64,000 nucleotides of DNA from Dehalococcoidia bacterium (GCA_965218945.1 OZ244718.1:2845324-2909323); one strand, 5' to 3'. Shown: positions 47,905 through 58,082, counted from the stretch's first letter. Numbers and translations: made by a program. The notes: generated by a model not told the origin, from the letters alone.

Positions 47905-49007
47905 ATGCCTGTGAGTCTGGTCGAAGCGGCAGCCGCTACTCTGCAAGAAATCTGGGCGAGTGTTCTGTCCGCTGCAGAAGATGGGCCGCTCGTGGATGCC
48001 ATAGAGGAAGATGACGGCGAGCTACTCGAAAGCATCCGTCTCTCTGTGAATTCAAATACAAAGACCTACCGCTATGTGCTACCCACTCAGCTTCTTGCCA
48101 AGATAGCCGACCCCGCTCTGGACTGTCGCTCACTGCAGGCGGGCGCCGATAGGACCGGCTCCTTTGATGCGCGCACCATTGCCCACCAAATCATAGTTCC
48201 TTTTGACCAAGCAAACGATCGCGTGTTGGGAGGCTCGCCGGAGCCGTACGTTAACAATCCGGTTAGAGTTTCGGAGGTCTCGGAGCGGCATCGAAATCCA
48301 CAAAAAAACAAGCGGGGCTGGGACCACCTGTGTCGCGTGCTGGAAGTCGTTGAAAGCGCCCAAGATGAGGACTTCACAAAGACCGTACTGCGTCAGGTCA
48401 TCATTGAAATATACCGCCGACTGTCAGAGGTCAGAGTGGCATATCCAACGCCACGACGGATTAGTTTGTCTGGGTGTATGAGACTCATAGATGAGTATCG
48501 GCTGAGACTTCGGGTGGAGACCGGCTGTTGGCGCTTTCTTCCGCGCTTTTTGCCGTGATAGGTAGGAAATTTCACTTATTTTCAAGAGTAGAGAGAGCCT
48601 CAATCACGGCCTCAGATGCTTCTACGGGAATGCTTGCCGACTTGGAGTGTAGTACTGAGGACGGCACAATAGTGCTGGTCGTGGAGGTAAAGGACAGGAT
48701 TCTCACTGTGAGCCAGATGATGGGAAAAGTAGCCAACATGCGCGAGAAGCAAGTCTCAGAGATATTCTTTGTGGCTCAACAAGGTGTTGAAGACCAGGAG
48801 CAGGTGGACTCACTGATAGAGAGCGAGTTTGTAAGCGGCCAGAATATCTATGTAATGAGCCTTTCCAGGCTGGCAGAAGTCAGCTTGGCGCTATTGGGTG
48901 AAGAGGGCAGGCGGGAATTCCTGTTGGGGGTGGGATCCCAGCTGGATGACCACCGATCCGACATCAGACACAGACGACGCTGGTCAGAGCTCTTGGCATC
49001 CGTCTAA
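47905..49007 (+). pseudogene. SacI-family restriction endonuclease, frameshifted near 48499
   Basis: KTYRYVLPTQLLAK, FDARTIAH and EPYVNNP; one missing base restores ETSGGDRL joined to ASD...ADLE...VEVKD. Confidence 0.78.
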
Positions 49008-49056
49008 TGTGCCCCCAAAGGGAGTAGGTCTTCTCTGTCTCCGCTGGTTTCCGACG

Positions 49057-49362
49057 CTAAGCCACCGGCCTGGGCGGCGGCCAGATCCCTTCGAAGGTGC
49101 AGCGCACTCCCGAGCTCAGGGCGTCGGTGACCGTTGGCGCGAGTATCCTGGCCGTGGCGCCGTCCTCGCACACCACGTGAAGGCCGCTTCTCTCTATAGA
49201 TGTGACTGCAAATTCCCAAGGCTGCCCGGCTATCGGCATAAACTCTCCATGCCATCTTCTAAGGCCGGGGTCGTTCTGGTCCACCCAACCGACCATCCGG
49301 CAGCCCCCAATCAAGCCTCCATCCTTGTCCTTGATTGTCACCCTTTCATCGAATGCAAGCAT
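49057..49362 (-). CDS. Hypothetical protein
   Basis: 101-aa ORF with AGGGG RBS and beta-rich composition. Confidence 0.5.
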   Translation of the reverse strand: MLAFDERVTIKDKDGGLIGGCRMVGWVDQNDPGLRRWHGEFMPIAGQPWEFAVTSIERSGLHVVCEDGATARILAPTVTDALSSGVRCTFEGIWPPPRPVA

Positions 49363-49420
49363 CGCTGCCCCTGTTCTATTCTTGAAACGTGTTCCTGCCC
49401 CCGCAGGAATGACAGCGGAT

Positions 49421-49449
49421 GTAGGGGCGGTTCGCGAACCGCCCCTACA
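49421..49449. repeat. GTAG-type REP palindrome
   Basis: TGTAGGGGCGGTTCGCGAACCGCCCCTACA; related copies at 19417 and 46801. Confidence 0.8.
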
Positions 49450-49617
49450 TCCTCCTTCAGAATCGCGCCTACATTTTACTATAACCCGGCTCTCCAGTCT
49501 GCTTTCCCTTCAGCCACTTTGGGGACAACGCCGGCAGCCACCCGCCTTTGTCGATGGGCCGGCTGCGCCTTGTGCTATACTCTATAACCAAACGTTATTC
49601 ACAAGAGAGTTGTAAGC

Positions 49618-51354
49618 GTGCGCAATCTACGTCTGGCTATGGCCCAGATCAACACAACCGTGGGCGACCTGGAGGGCAACACCGCCAAGGTCCTGGAGCA
49701 CATCCGGAAGGCCAAGGCGCAGCAGGCCAACCTTGTTGTCTTTCCGGAGATGGCAATCCCCGGCTACCCGCCGGAGGACCTGCTGTTCAAGCCCTCATTC
49801 ATCCGCTCTAACATCGAGAAGATGCATGAGGTTGTAGCCAACTCCCAGGGCATCACCGTCGTTGTGGGCTTTGTCGACTCCCAGGGGGACATCTACAACG
49901 CCGCGGCCGTGGCGCACGACGGGCAGCTTGTGGGCGTCTATCACAAGATGTATCTGCCCAACTACGGCATCTTTGACGAAGACCGCTACTTCAAGGCCGG
50001 GGCCGAGTGCCCCGTCTTCGTCATCAACGGCATCCACATTGGCGTCAACATCTGCGAGGACATCTGGTACGCCCTGGGACCGGCGGCGGTGCAGCGAGAG
50101 GCGGGCGCAGAGATAATCATCAACATCAACGGCTCGCCATACCACGCCGGAAAGCTGGGCTTCCGGGAGCGAATGGTGGCCACCCGCGCCTCAGACAACG
50201 AGGTGTACGTGTCCTACACCAATCTGGTGGGAGGCCAGGATGAGCTGGTGTTCGACGGCGGCAGCGTCGTATTCGACCAAGGCGGGGAGCTTGTGGCCCG
50301 CGGCAAGCAATTCGAGGAGGACCTGGTGGTGGTCGACCTGGACATGGACGCCGTCTTCCGCCATCGCCTGCACGACCCCAGGCCTCGCAAGGAGCGACCC
50401 ATCCTGAGCGCGATAGGATCGTCCCAGCTAGTACACGTCTCGGAACACACCCCGGCGGAGCCAAAGACGGCGCTGGACGGCTGCATCGCCAAGCCGATGG
50501 ACCCACTGGCAGAGACATACTCCGCCCTGGTGCTGGGAACAGGGGACTACGTTCGCAAGAGCGGTTTCAGCAAGGTTGTCATCGGCCTCTCCGGCGGGAT
50601 CGATTCCAGCCTGACGGCTGCCATCGCGGCCGACGCCCTGGGCAGCGAGAACGTCCTCTGCGTCGCTATGCCCTCCCGGTACTCCTCCGAGGGCAGCATC
50701 CTGGACGCCCAGGAACTGACCCAAAACCTGGGCATCGAGCTGCTCACCGTCCCCATAGAGGAGGCCTTTGAGGCCATGCTGCACATGCTGTCGGGCCCAT
50801 TCCAGGACAGCCCGCCCAACGTGGCCGAGGAGAACATCCAGACTCGCGTCAGGGGCAATATCCTCATGGCCCTGTCCAACAAGTTCGGCTGGCTGGTGCT
50901 CACCACCGGCAACAAGAGCGAGTTTGCCACCGGCTACGCAACCCTCTATGGCGACATGGCCGGGGGATTCGCCGTGATCAAGGACGTGCCCAAGACCCTG
51001 GTGTACCAGCTTGCCCAGTATCGAAACGACCACGGCTCGCCCCGCAACGCAATCCCTCAAAGCGTGATAGAGAAGGCTCCCAGCGCCGAACTGAAGCCCG
51101 ACCAGACGGACCAGGATACCCTTCCTCCCTACGATCTGCTAGACGGGATTCTCAAGGCCTACGTGGAGGAAGACCGCAGCTACGCCGACATAGTGGACAT
51201 GGGCTTCGACTCAGAGACAGTCTTGAGGGTCATTGCGATGGTTGACCGCAACGAGTACAAACGCAGACAGGCCCCCCCTGGTGTCAAGATCACGCCGCGG
51301 GCCTTCGGGCGGGACAGGCGTCTGCCCATAGTCAACCGGTACAGACAGAGCTAG
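49618..51354 (+). CDS. nadE: Glutamine-dependent NAD+ synthetase
   Basis: Nitrilase domain (FPE, K..LPNY, ICEDIW) plus SGGIDS, NKSE and PSAEL motifs. Confidence 0.97.
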   Translation: MRNLRLAMAQINTTVGDLEGNTAKVLEHIRKAKAQQANLVVFPEMAIPGYPPEDLLFKPSFIRSNIEKMHEVVANSQGITVVVGFVDSQGDIYNAAAVAHDGQLVGVYHKMYLPNYGIFDEDRYFKAGAECPVFVINGIHIGVNICEDIWYALGPAAVQREAGAEIIININGSPYHAGKLGFRERMVATRASDNEVYVSYTNLVGGQDELVFDGGSVVFDQGGELVARGKQFEEDLVVVDLDMDAVFRHRLHDPRPRKERPILSAIGSSQLVHVSEHTPAEPKTALDGCIAKPMDPLAETYSALVLGTGDYVRKSGFSKVVIGLSGGIDSSLTAAIAADALGSENVLCVAMPSRYSSEGSILDAQELTQNLGIELLTVPIEEAFEAMLHMLSGPFQDSPPNVAEENIQTRVRGNILMALSNKFGWLVLTTGNKSEFATGYATLYGDMAGGFAVIKDVPKTLVYQLAQYRNDHGSPRNAIPQSVIEKAPSAELKPDQTDQDTLPPYDLLDGILKAYVEEDRSYADIVDMGFDSETVLRVIAMVDRNEYKRRQAPPGVKITPRAFGRDRRLPIVNRYRQS

Positions 51355-51368
51355 GGACCTTCGCCACC

Positions 51369-51494
51369 CTACTTTTTATCCCCATCCTTGGGAGCGGTCA
51401 ACTTGCCGATCAAAAGCAGGAGCAGAAATGAACCTGCTATCCCCACGAAGAACAGCATAGCCATAAGCACCAGCACAAACGTTATGGTGGACAT
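51369..51494 (-). CDS. 41-aa single-TM small protein (not in the ORF track)
   Basis: MSTITFVLVLMAMLFFVGIAGSFLLLLLIGKLTAPKDGDKK*; starts 10 nt after the EamA stop. Confidence 0.45.
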   Translation of the reverse strand: MSTITFVLVLMAMLFFVGIAGSFLLLLLIGKLTAPKDGDKK

Positions 51495-51504
51495 GGCGTA
51501 ACGC

Positions 51505-51984
51505 TCAGGAGGTGTTCCTGCTGAACGTGATGATCACCACACCCAGCACAACCAGGAGAGTGCCCATAATGGTCCTCTTTGTGATCTTCTCCAGCCGTTG
51601 CAGGAAGAGGTGGGCCAGAGTCAGGGATACCAACGGACTGATGGCGACCACCGGCGAGATGACGACAACTGGCGCCTCGCTCAAGGCAAAGTAGAGCAGC
51701 GCCACACCGGACGCCGAGGTTATTCCCGACAGCGAGAACCACAGGTAGCCCCGGCGGGGGTTGGCCTTTATGTCAACCGGGATGTGCCTGTGAAACATGA
51801 GGGAGACGTATAGCAGGCCGAAGAGCAGGGCGAAAGCTGTGCCCACCAACGGCGGCGCGTACTCGGTTGTTATATGCTTTCCGATGGTCTGAGATGCGCC
51901 ATAGGACATAGCCGCGCCCATCGCGACCGCGTATCCCAGCCATAAGCGGCCGCCGCTGCCAAGCCGCGACTGAAGCGACTTCAA
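51505..51984 (-). CDS. EamA/DMT transporter, single domain (half 2)
   Basis: TTGA coupling to the upstream gene; APVVVISPVVAISPL...LEK. Confidence 0.85.
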   Translation of the reverse strand: MKSLQSRLGSGGRLWLGYAVAMGAAMSYGASQTIGKHITTEYAPPLVGTAFALLFGLLYVSLMFHRHIPVDIKANPRRGYLWFSLSGITSASGVALLYFALSEAPVVVISPVVAISPLVSLTLAHLFLQRLEKITKRTIMGTLLVVLGVVIITFSRNTS

Positions 51985-52409
51985 CGGACCTGCTCGCTCG
52001 TTATCAGGACTATGCCGCCGACTATGGTGACGGTGCCCAGAAGAAGCCAGGGAGTGACGGACTCGCCCAGGAAGAGTATCGCCAGAATAGTTGCGAAAAG
52101 GGGCGCTGTGCTGAACAGCGGCGTAGCGCGTGCGACTCCCGCCAGCTGGATGCTGAACGTATTGAACAGTCGTCCCAGGGCGAAGTTGAACAGCCCGCTC
52201 AGCGCAAACCACAGAAAGGCAATAGCTGTCAGCGTAGGGAAGGCGTCTCGGTTGAACACGAGGGCAAGCCCCATCACCAATACGACACCCGGGATGAGAG
52301 AGATCCAGGTGCCGGTGGTGGGTCGGAGATGCTGGAGGCCGAATCGCACAAGCACGGCGCTGAAGCCCCAGCAGGTCGCCGCCAGGATTCCCAAGAGAAT
52401 GCCTAACAT
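51981..52409 (-). CDS. EamA/DMT transporter, single domain (half 1)
   Basis: GVARATPLFSTAPLFATILAILFLGE. Confidence 0.88.
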   Translation of the reverse strand: MLGILLGILAATCWGFSAVLVRFGLQHLRPTTGTWISLIPGVVLVMGLALVFNRDAFPTLTAIAFLWFALSGLFNFALGRLFNTFSIQLAGVARATPLFSTAPLFATILAILFLGESVTPWLLLGTVTIVGGIVLITSEQVR

Positions 52410-52507
52410 AGGGTAGCCGTCATGTAGAAGGGGACTAACGTCAAAGAGCTAGAGAATGCGGTGTACGGCTGCACCCCGGCTCTGCCGGATTGCAGCCGTG
52501 CCCACAA

Positions 52508-53197
52508 CTAGCTCATATTCCGCGCCAAGAAGTCCAGGGTCTTCTGCCAAGCGTCCTTTGAGGCCTCCTCCCAATAGGTCGGTGGCCTGCTGTCGTTGAA
52601 GAATGCGTGGGGCGCGCCCGGGTAGGTGTGAATCTCCACGGTCTTGCCGTAGCCGGTCAACGCCTCTCTCAGGGCATTGACCGCGTCCGGGAAGAGACGA
52701 TCGTCTTCGCCGTAGATGCCCAGGACCGGGCCAGGTATGTCCTGGACCTGCTCCAGCGGGTTGGGGTTGCCACCGTAGTAGACGATTGTGGCGTCAACGG
52801 GATAGCGGCAGGAGGCCGAAAGGGAAAGGCCGCCGCCCATGCAGTAGCCTATGGTGGCGACTGTGCCCTTGGCGTAAGGCTGGCCCCTGAGGTAAGTGAC
52901 GGCGCCGCCCACTTCACGGACGGCCAGGTCCATGTCCGTCTCCATCGCCAGCTTCCGAGCCTCGTCCGGCTCGTCGGTTACGGCTCCGTGATACAGATCC
53001 GGGGCGAGGGCTGCGTACCCCTCGCGGGCAAAGCGCTCCGCTATGTCCTTGATGTGCGGCTCAAGGCCCCACCACTCCTGAATGACCACAATAGCCGGGA
53101 ACGGCCCGTCGCCCTCGGGTCGGGCCAGATAGCCGGGCACCGCGGGGCTGTCGGTAACCGGGCACTCTACCATCTCAGTAAGGATTTCGCCTGCCAT
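52508..53197 (-). CDS. Dienelactone hydrolase family protein
   Basis: IQEWWGL, GYCMGG and YPGAPHAFFND motifs. Confidence 0.93.
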   Translation of the reverse strand: MAGEILTEMVECPVTDSPAVPGYLARPEGDGPFPAIVVIQEWWGLEPHIKDIAERFAREGYAALAPDLYHGAVTDEPDEARKLAMETDMDLAVREVGGAVTYLRGQPYAKGTVATIGYCMGGGLSLSASCRYPVDATIVYYGGNPNPLEQVQDIPGPVLGIYGEDDRLFPDAVNALREALTGYGKTVEIHTYPGAPHAFFNDSRPPTYWEEASKDAWQKTLDFLARNMS

Positions 53198-53367
53198 TCT
53201 CACTCCTTAGCTTCCAGGATTTGCCTGCATTATAGCATACCCTCCCGGCAGTCTAAGGGGCGTGACCCATTTGGGAAAGGTGGTCGAAGCGATATGCCGA
53301 CAAAAACGAGCGCGCAACAATACAGAACGTTACCGTTTGCCCGATGGATGCGCGGTTGGGGAACGAC

Positions 53368-53817
53368 TCAGGGCAGGGGAGCCGAGGAGCGCTTCTTGAC
53401 CGACAGCGTGACGAATGTCTCGCTGCGCTTGACCCCGGGGATCTTGCCCACGGTGCCCAGTAGGAAGCTGTGAAGCTGCTCCGGGGAGGGCAACGCCACC
53501 CACGCGAAGATGTCGAATGCGCCGGTGGTCACGGAGACGTTCAGGGTCTCCGGCACCCTGCCCAGCTCATTGGCAACGTCCTCAAGCTTGCCAGGATCCA
53601 CCTGAATGCCAACTATGGCCTCAGTGTTATAGCCCAGCTTGGATGGTTCGGGCAAAGCCACCACCTGAATAGCCTCGTCCTCGATGAGGCGCTTCAGCCG
53701 GCGTCGTATGGTCCCCTCGCTCACTCCCAACTGCCTGGCTATCTTGGCGTTGGAAGCCCTGCCGTCCACCTGAAGAATTCCGATTATTTTTCTGTCTAAT
53801 TCGTCCATAGCACCCAT
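53368..53817 (-). CDS. Lrp/AsnC family transcriptional regulator
   Basis: DELDRKII..LQ.DGR.SNA.IAR.LGVSE.T.R.R; TGAFD. Confidence 0.93.
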   Translation of the reverse strand: MGAMDELDRKIIGILQVDGRASNAKIARQLGVSEGTIRRRLKRLIEDEAIQVVALPEPSKLGYNTEAIVGIQVDPGKLEDVANELGRVPETLNVSVTTGAFDIFAWVALPSPEQLHSFLLGTVGKIPGVKRSETFVTLSVKKRSSAPLP

Positions 53818-54018
53818 AACAACATAAGTCTTTCTATGACAATCCTATACCACTTGTACGAAATGTGTCAATAGCGCAATGTGCGCCGATGTGAAATCCG
53901 CACCCGAATCTCCGCCTCAGACTCCAGGGGCTAATGCTACCCCCGATAGCCGCCCGGCGCAATACGGCTCGCGGCCTACATGAGACCTTTGAACAACCTA
54001 TGCCAAATCTCTATAAAT

Positions 54019-54195
54019 CGTCATTCCCGCCCCCGTATCGGAGTACGGGGCAGGCTACGAGCGGGAATCTAGGTGGGGGGACTCCCGTCTGCAGAGACCT
54101 TTGCATAGCCTTTTGCGCCCCCATCCTAACCTTCCCCCGCGGGCGGGGGAAGGGATTTCTCGCCCCCTTCAGGGGGAGAGTCAGAGAGGGGGCGT
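54019..54195. repeat. CGTC-type REP with a nested hairpin, plus a CCC...GGG-rich palindromic doublet
   Basis: CGTCATTCCCGC[CCCCGTATCGGAGTACGGGGCAGGC]TACGAGCGGGAATCT; CCTTCCCCCGCGGGCGGGGGAAGG. Confidence 0.72.
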
Positions 54196-54259
54196 ACCTC
54201 TTTGCCAGTTATGAAAGCCTCCATTCTGCATGGGAGCGACAATTAGGATCGGGCTCACC

Positions 54260-55135
54260 CTACAGCGGAAGCAGTTCACGCCGCACGCGTTTCCAGTACG
54301 CTTCCGCCAGCCTTTGTGTCATAGGTCCGGGCGCGCTCGCGCCGATAGGGCTGCCGTCCAGCGAGACCACCGGCACAGGTCCCTGGACCACGTTGGTCAG
54401 GAACACCTCGTCGGCCCCGGCGACACGCTCCGGCGTCAGCGACCGCTCCACAGTGGGTATGCCCAGGCTTCTCGCTTCTTCCAGCGCCGTGAGCCGGGCT
54501 ATCCCCGGCAGGACGCCGTCCTCCTCCGGTGGAGTGAGCAGGCTGTCGCCATCGACTGCGAATACGTTGCTCGATGTCCCGCCTGTCACAAAGCCAGTGG
54601 TGTTGCACAGAAGGGCGTCATCGGCCCCACCGCGCTGGGCTGCCAGCCGGGCTGTCACGCCCTCCACGTAGGACAGGGATTTTATGCGGGACAGGGGAGA
54701 GCGATCATTGCGCGCTATCGCCGAGAGCGCCAGCCTGCGGCCCGGCGGCGCTGACTCCGGCGGACCCTGCCATGGCGCGACCCGCACCACGACGGAAGGC
54801 TCGATGCCGGGCGGCGCATCCAGACCGCGACCGAAGTCCACGCCCCGGCTCACGGTAAGACGCACCACGGAGCGCGGGTAGCCGTTCCGTCCTATGCTCT
54901 CCAGAACAACCCCTGTCAGTTCTTCCGCAGACGGCAGGGCAAGATACAGCGCCTCAGCGCCCCGTCGCATCCGGGCAAGGTGGTCTCCCATGCGAAACAC
55001 CCTGTCGCCCAAAGCCACCATTGTCTCAAAGAGGCCGTCGGCGAGGGTGAAACCCCTGTCGAGGGGCGAAAGGCTAGACTCGGCCTCCGGCACAAACCGG
55101 CCGTTGACGTACAGCACCGGGGTGATTTCAGTCAT
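54260..55135 (-). CDS. pabC: Aminotransferase class IV (aminodeoxychorismate lyase-like)
   Basis: DRGFTLADGLFETM, H..R, IKSLSY, LPGIAR and DEVFLTN motifs; coupled to pabB. Confidence 0.8.
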   Translation of the reverse strand: MTEITPVLYVNGRFVPEAESSLSPLDRGFTLADGLFETMVALGDRVFRMGDHLARMRRGAEALYLALPSAEELTGVVLESIGRNGYPRSVVRLTVSRGVDFGRGLDAPPGIEPSVVVRVAPWQGPPESAPPGRRLALSAIARNDRSPLSRIKSLSYVEGVTARLAAQRGGADDALLCNTTGFVTGGTSSNVFAVDGDSLLTPPEEDGVLPGIARLTALEEARSLGIPTVERSLTPERVAGADEVFLTNVVQGPVPVVSLDGSPIGASAPGPMTQRLAEAYWKRVRRELLPL

Positions 55136-56546
55136 CGCATCCCAGGGCAAGGCGGAGACCCCGCGCCTTATGGAGAGTTTCCTGGTACTCGGACTCAGGG
55201 TCGGAGTCAGCCACAATCCCTCCGCCAACCTGGAGATAAGCCTCGCCGCGGGTCAGCACCAGCGTCCGTATGGTTATGCTGGTCCCCATATCCCCGCTGA
55301 ATGAAATGTAACCTATGGCGCCGCAGTAGACTCCACGTCGCACCGGCTCCAGCTCCTCGATGATCTCCATTGCCCGCACCTTGGGCGCCCCCGTCACCGA
55401 CCCGCCGGGGAAGCAGGCCTTCAGCAGTCCCACGGCGTCCGTAGAGGGAAGCAGCTCGCCGGTTATGGTGGATACCAGGTGCAGCACAGTGGGGTGCTGC
55501 TCGACGGCGAAGAGGCTGGGCACCTCCACCGACCCGATGCGGCACACCCGCCCTATGTCGTTGCGCAGCAGGTCGACAATCATGACGTTCTCGGCCCGCT
55601 CCTTCTCGCTGGCCAGAAGCGACTCAGCCTGAAACGCCGTCTCCTCGGGAGTCCTGCCCACCGGCCGCGTCCCCTTGATGGGCCGGACCCGCACCCGGCC
55701 CTCCTCCAGATTTAGGAACTCCTCCGGGGACGCGCTGAGCACATCCACTTCGGGAAAGCTCAGGTAGGCCGCAAAGGGCGCAGGGTTGAACCGGCGCAGC
55801 CTCTGGTACAGGCCCCAGGGGTCGCCTTCAAAGGGGGAGTGGAACCGCTGTGACAGGTTTACCTGGTATGCGTCCCCGGACTCCAGGTACTCCTTTACGC
55901 GCCCCACAGCAGCCATGTACGACTTTGGCGTAAAGTTGGACTGCAAAGACGCGGGAGTGCGCAGAACAGGGGATAGCGCTTCCTGCGGTTTCTCGCTCAG
56001 CCGGCGCATCACATCTGCTGCGCGGGCCTCGGCCATATCCGACGTGGCGTCCGGCATCCCGGAGGAGACCAGCCACGACCTGCCGGTTACCCCGTCGTGG
56101 GCCAGCGCCCAGTCGTAGAAACCCAGGTACATCTCCGGAAGGCCCAGATCGTCCTCGGCCCGGGACGGGAGACGCTCCAGGTGTCTTCCCAGGTCGTATC
56201 CCCAGTAGCCCAGCGCTCCGCCCTGGAAGGGCGGCAGTCCCGGCGACTTCTCAACGTGGTGCCTGCGAAGGAGGTCCTGTAGTATCTGCCAGGGGTCGCC
56301 TTCCATCTCGTGAACTGCGCCGTTCTGAAGAAGGTCCACGCGTCGGCCGCGGCTTCGCATCACCAGAAACGGGTCCGCAGTCAGATACGAGTACCTGCTG
56401 CCCGTGGCTCCGGGCATAGCCCCGTCCAGCAGCGCGGGGTATGGAAGGTCGCGGAAGGACGGGAAGAGCAGCGCCGGATGAGGCAGCGAGTCAAAGGCGT
56501 AGCTCAGGGGAAGATCGTCAAGCTGGGTCGCCGACGGCGCTTTCAA
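55128..56546 (-). CDS. pabB: Aminodeoxychorismate synthase component I
   Basis: YQVNLSQR, SASPE, PIKGTR, ENVMIVDLLRND and FPGGSVTGAPK motifs. Confidence 0.93.
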   Translation of the reverse strand: MKAPSATQLDDLPLSYAFDSLPHPALLFPSFRDLPYPALLDGAMPGATGSRYSYLTADPFLVMRSRGRRVDLLQNGAVHEMEGDPWQILQDLLRRHHVEKSPGLPPFQGGALGYWGYDLGRHLERLPSRAEDDLGLPEMYLGFYDWALAHDGVTGRSWLVSSGMPDATSDMAEARAADVMRRLSEKPQEALSPVLRTPASLQSNFTPKSYMAAVGRVKEYLESGDAYQVNLSQRFHSPFEGDPWGLYQRLRRFNPAPFAAYLSFPEVDVLSASPEEFLNLEEGRVRVRPIKGTRPVGRTPEETAFQAESLLASEKERAENVMIVDLLRNDIGRVCRIGSVEVPSLFAVEQHPTVLHLVSTITGELLPSTDAVGLLKACFPGGSVTGAPKVRAMEIIEELEPVRRGVYCGAIGYISFSGDMGTSITIRTLVLTRGEAYLQVGGGIVADSDPESEYQETLHKARGLRLALGCDD

Positions 56547-56623
56547 CGTAGAGCACCTCAGATTCAGATTCGCCCGGCCGAGGGGCCTAGGACACTCATA
56601 TGTGACTTTCAGGCCGATTCGTT

Positions 56624-56676
56624 ACCGCTCATGGCCTGCCCCGTACTTGGTACGGGGGGTGAGCTTGTCGAATCAT
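56624..56676. repeat. REP interrupted by a nested 24-nt hairpin
   Basis: ACCGCTCATG[GCCTGCCCCGTACTTGGTACGGGG]GGTGAGCTTGTCGAATCAT. Confidence 0.78.
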
Positions 56677-56708
56677 TTGAGCGGGGTAGTACGCTACACC
56701 CCGCCGAC

Positions 56709-57653
56709 CTATAACTCGCCGTTGGACGTAAGGAACTGCTCAGCGTCTATGGCGGCCATGCACCCGGTGCCCGCAGCCGTCACCGCCTGCCGGTAGACCC
56801 AGTCCTGCACGTCGCCGCTGGCAAAGACCCCTGGCACGTTGGTCTTGGTGCCGTCGTGGGTGATGATGTACCCGTTCTCGTTTGTGTCCACATGCCCGAT
56901 AAAGGGCTCCGTATTGGGCTTGTGTCCTATCGCCATGAACACCCCGTCTATGGGCCTTACAATCACCTCGTCGGTCTTGACGTTGCGAAGCTTGACCGAC
57001 TTCACCTCGCCCTCCTCGACTCCCAGGATCTCCTCCACCACCGAATCCCAGACGAAGTCTATCTTCGGGTTGTTGAAGGCCCGCTCCTGCATTATCCTGG
57101 AGGCCCTCAGCTGGTCCCGCCTGTGCACCACGTGCACCTTCGAGGCGAACTTGGTGAGGAAGGTGGACTCCTCCATCGCCGTATCGCCGCCGCCAACGAC
57201 AACGAGTTCCTTGTCCCTGAAGAAGAACCCGTCGCATGTGGCGCAGGCCGAAACACCCCGCCCCATAAGCTCCGCCTCCCCGGGAACGCCCAAAAGGCTA
57301 GCCGTAGCGCCGGAGGAGATGATCACGGTCTTTGCATAGTAGTTGTCCTCCTCGTCCACCTCTATGCGGAACGGGCGCTTGGAGAAGTCGACCGCCGTGA
57401 CGCTGCCGTTCACGTATCGCGCCCCGAACCGCTCCGCCTGCTCCCGGAACTTGAACATAAGCTCCGGCCCCATCACACCCTCAGGGAATCCGGGGTAGTT
57501 CTCCACGTCCGTGGTTATGGTGAGCTGTCCGCCCGGTGTGATGCCGTCTATCACCAGGGGCTTGAGGTCAGCCCGGGCGGCGTAGAGGGCTGCGGTGTCG
57601 CCCGCCGGCCCCGACCCAATAATAAGCACGTTCTCTATCTGGTTTTCCGTCAC
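56709..57653 (-). CDS. trxB: Thioredoxin-disulfide reductase
   Basis: IGSGPAG, GGQLTITTDVENYPG, CATCDG, GGGDTA and YRQAVTAAG motifs. Confidence 0.97.
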   Translation of the reverse strand: MTENQIENVLIIGSGPAGDTAALYAARADLKPLVIDGITPGGQLTITTDVENYPGFPEGVMGPELMFKFREQAERFGARYVNGSVTAVDFSKRPFRIEVDEEDNYYAKTVIISSGATASLLGVPGEAELMGRGVSACATCDGFFFRDKELVVVGGGDTAMEESTFLTKFASKVHVVHRRDQLRASRIMQERAFNNPKIDFVWDSVVEEILGVEEGEVKSVKLRNVKTDEVIVRPIDGVFMAIGHKPNTEPFIGHVDTNENGYIITHDGTKTNVPGVFASGDVQDWVYRQAVTAAGTGCMAAIDAEQFLTSNGEL

Positions 57654-57695
57654 GGTTCCTCCCCTTGCAACAATGCTTCAAAAGTCCGGGATACC

Positions 57696-58082
57696 CTATG
57701 GGTCCGGCTCGTCCTGGTCTTGCCCAAGGACGGCTCTGATGGCCGACAGGTCCACGCTGTGAGCCTGCATAGTACGGGTGTGGTCTTGCACGAGGGCCTC
57801 TATCCGCTCAAGGCGTTCCTCCATCCGTCCCTGTCGATCCTCCATCAGCCCCAGTCGTTCCTCTATCAGCCCCAGCCGTTCCTCCATCAGCCCCAGCCGT
57901 TCCTCCATCCGAACCAGTCGATTGCTGGTATCCACGTAGGCAAGGGCCAAGCGTTCCAGCGCTTCACCCATCCTGTCCAGGATCGCGCCGTGGGCATTCT
58001 GTCCCTGCGCCATCGTTGAGGTCTGGTCTTGCAGCTCCGCGATGTGCCGTTCCGCCGATGAAAGTCGTTCTTCTGTGGTCAT
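57696..58082 (-). CDS. Coiled-coil protein with heptad tandem repeats
   Basis: MEERLGL-type units; five 21-bp units at 57814-57918. Confidence 0.75.
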   Translation of the reverse strand: MTTEERLSSAERHIAELQDQTSTMAQGQNAHGAILDRMGEALERLALAYVDTSNRLVRMEERLGLMEERLGLIEERLGLMEDRQGRMEERLERIEALVQDHTRTMQAHSVDLSAIRAVLGQDQDEPDP

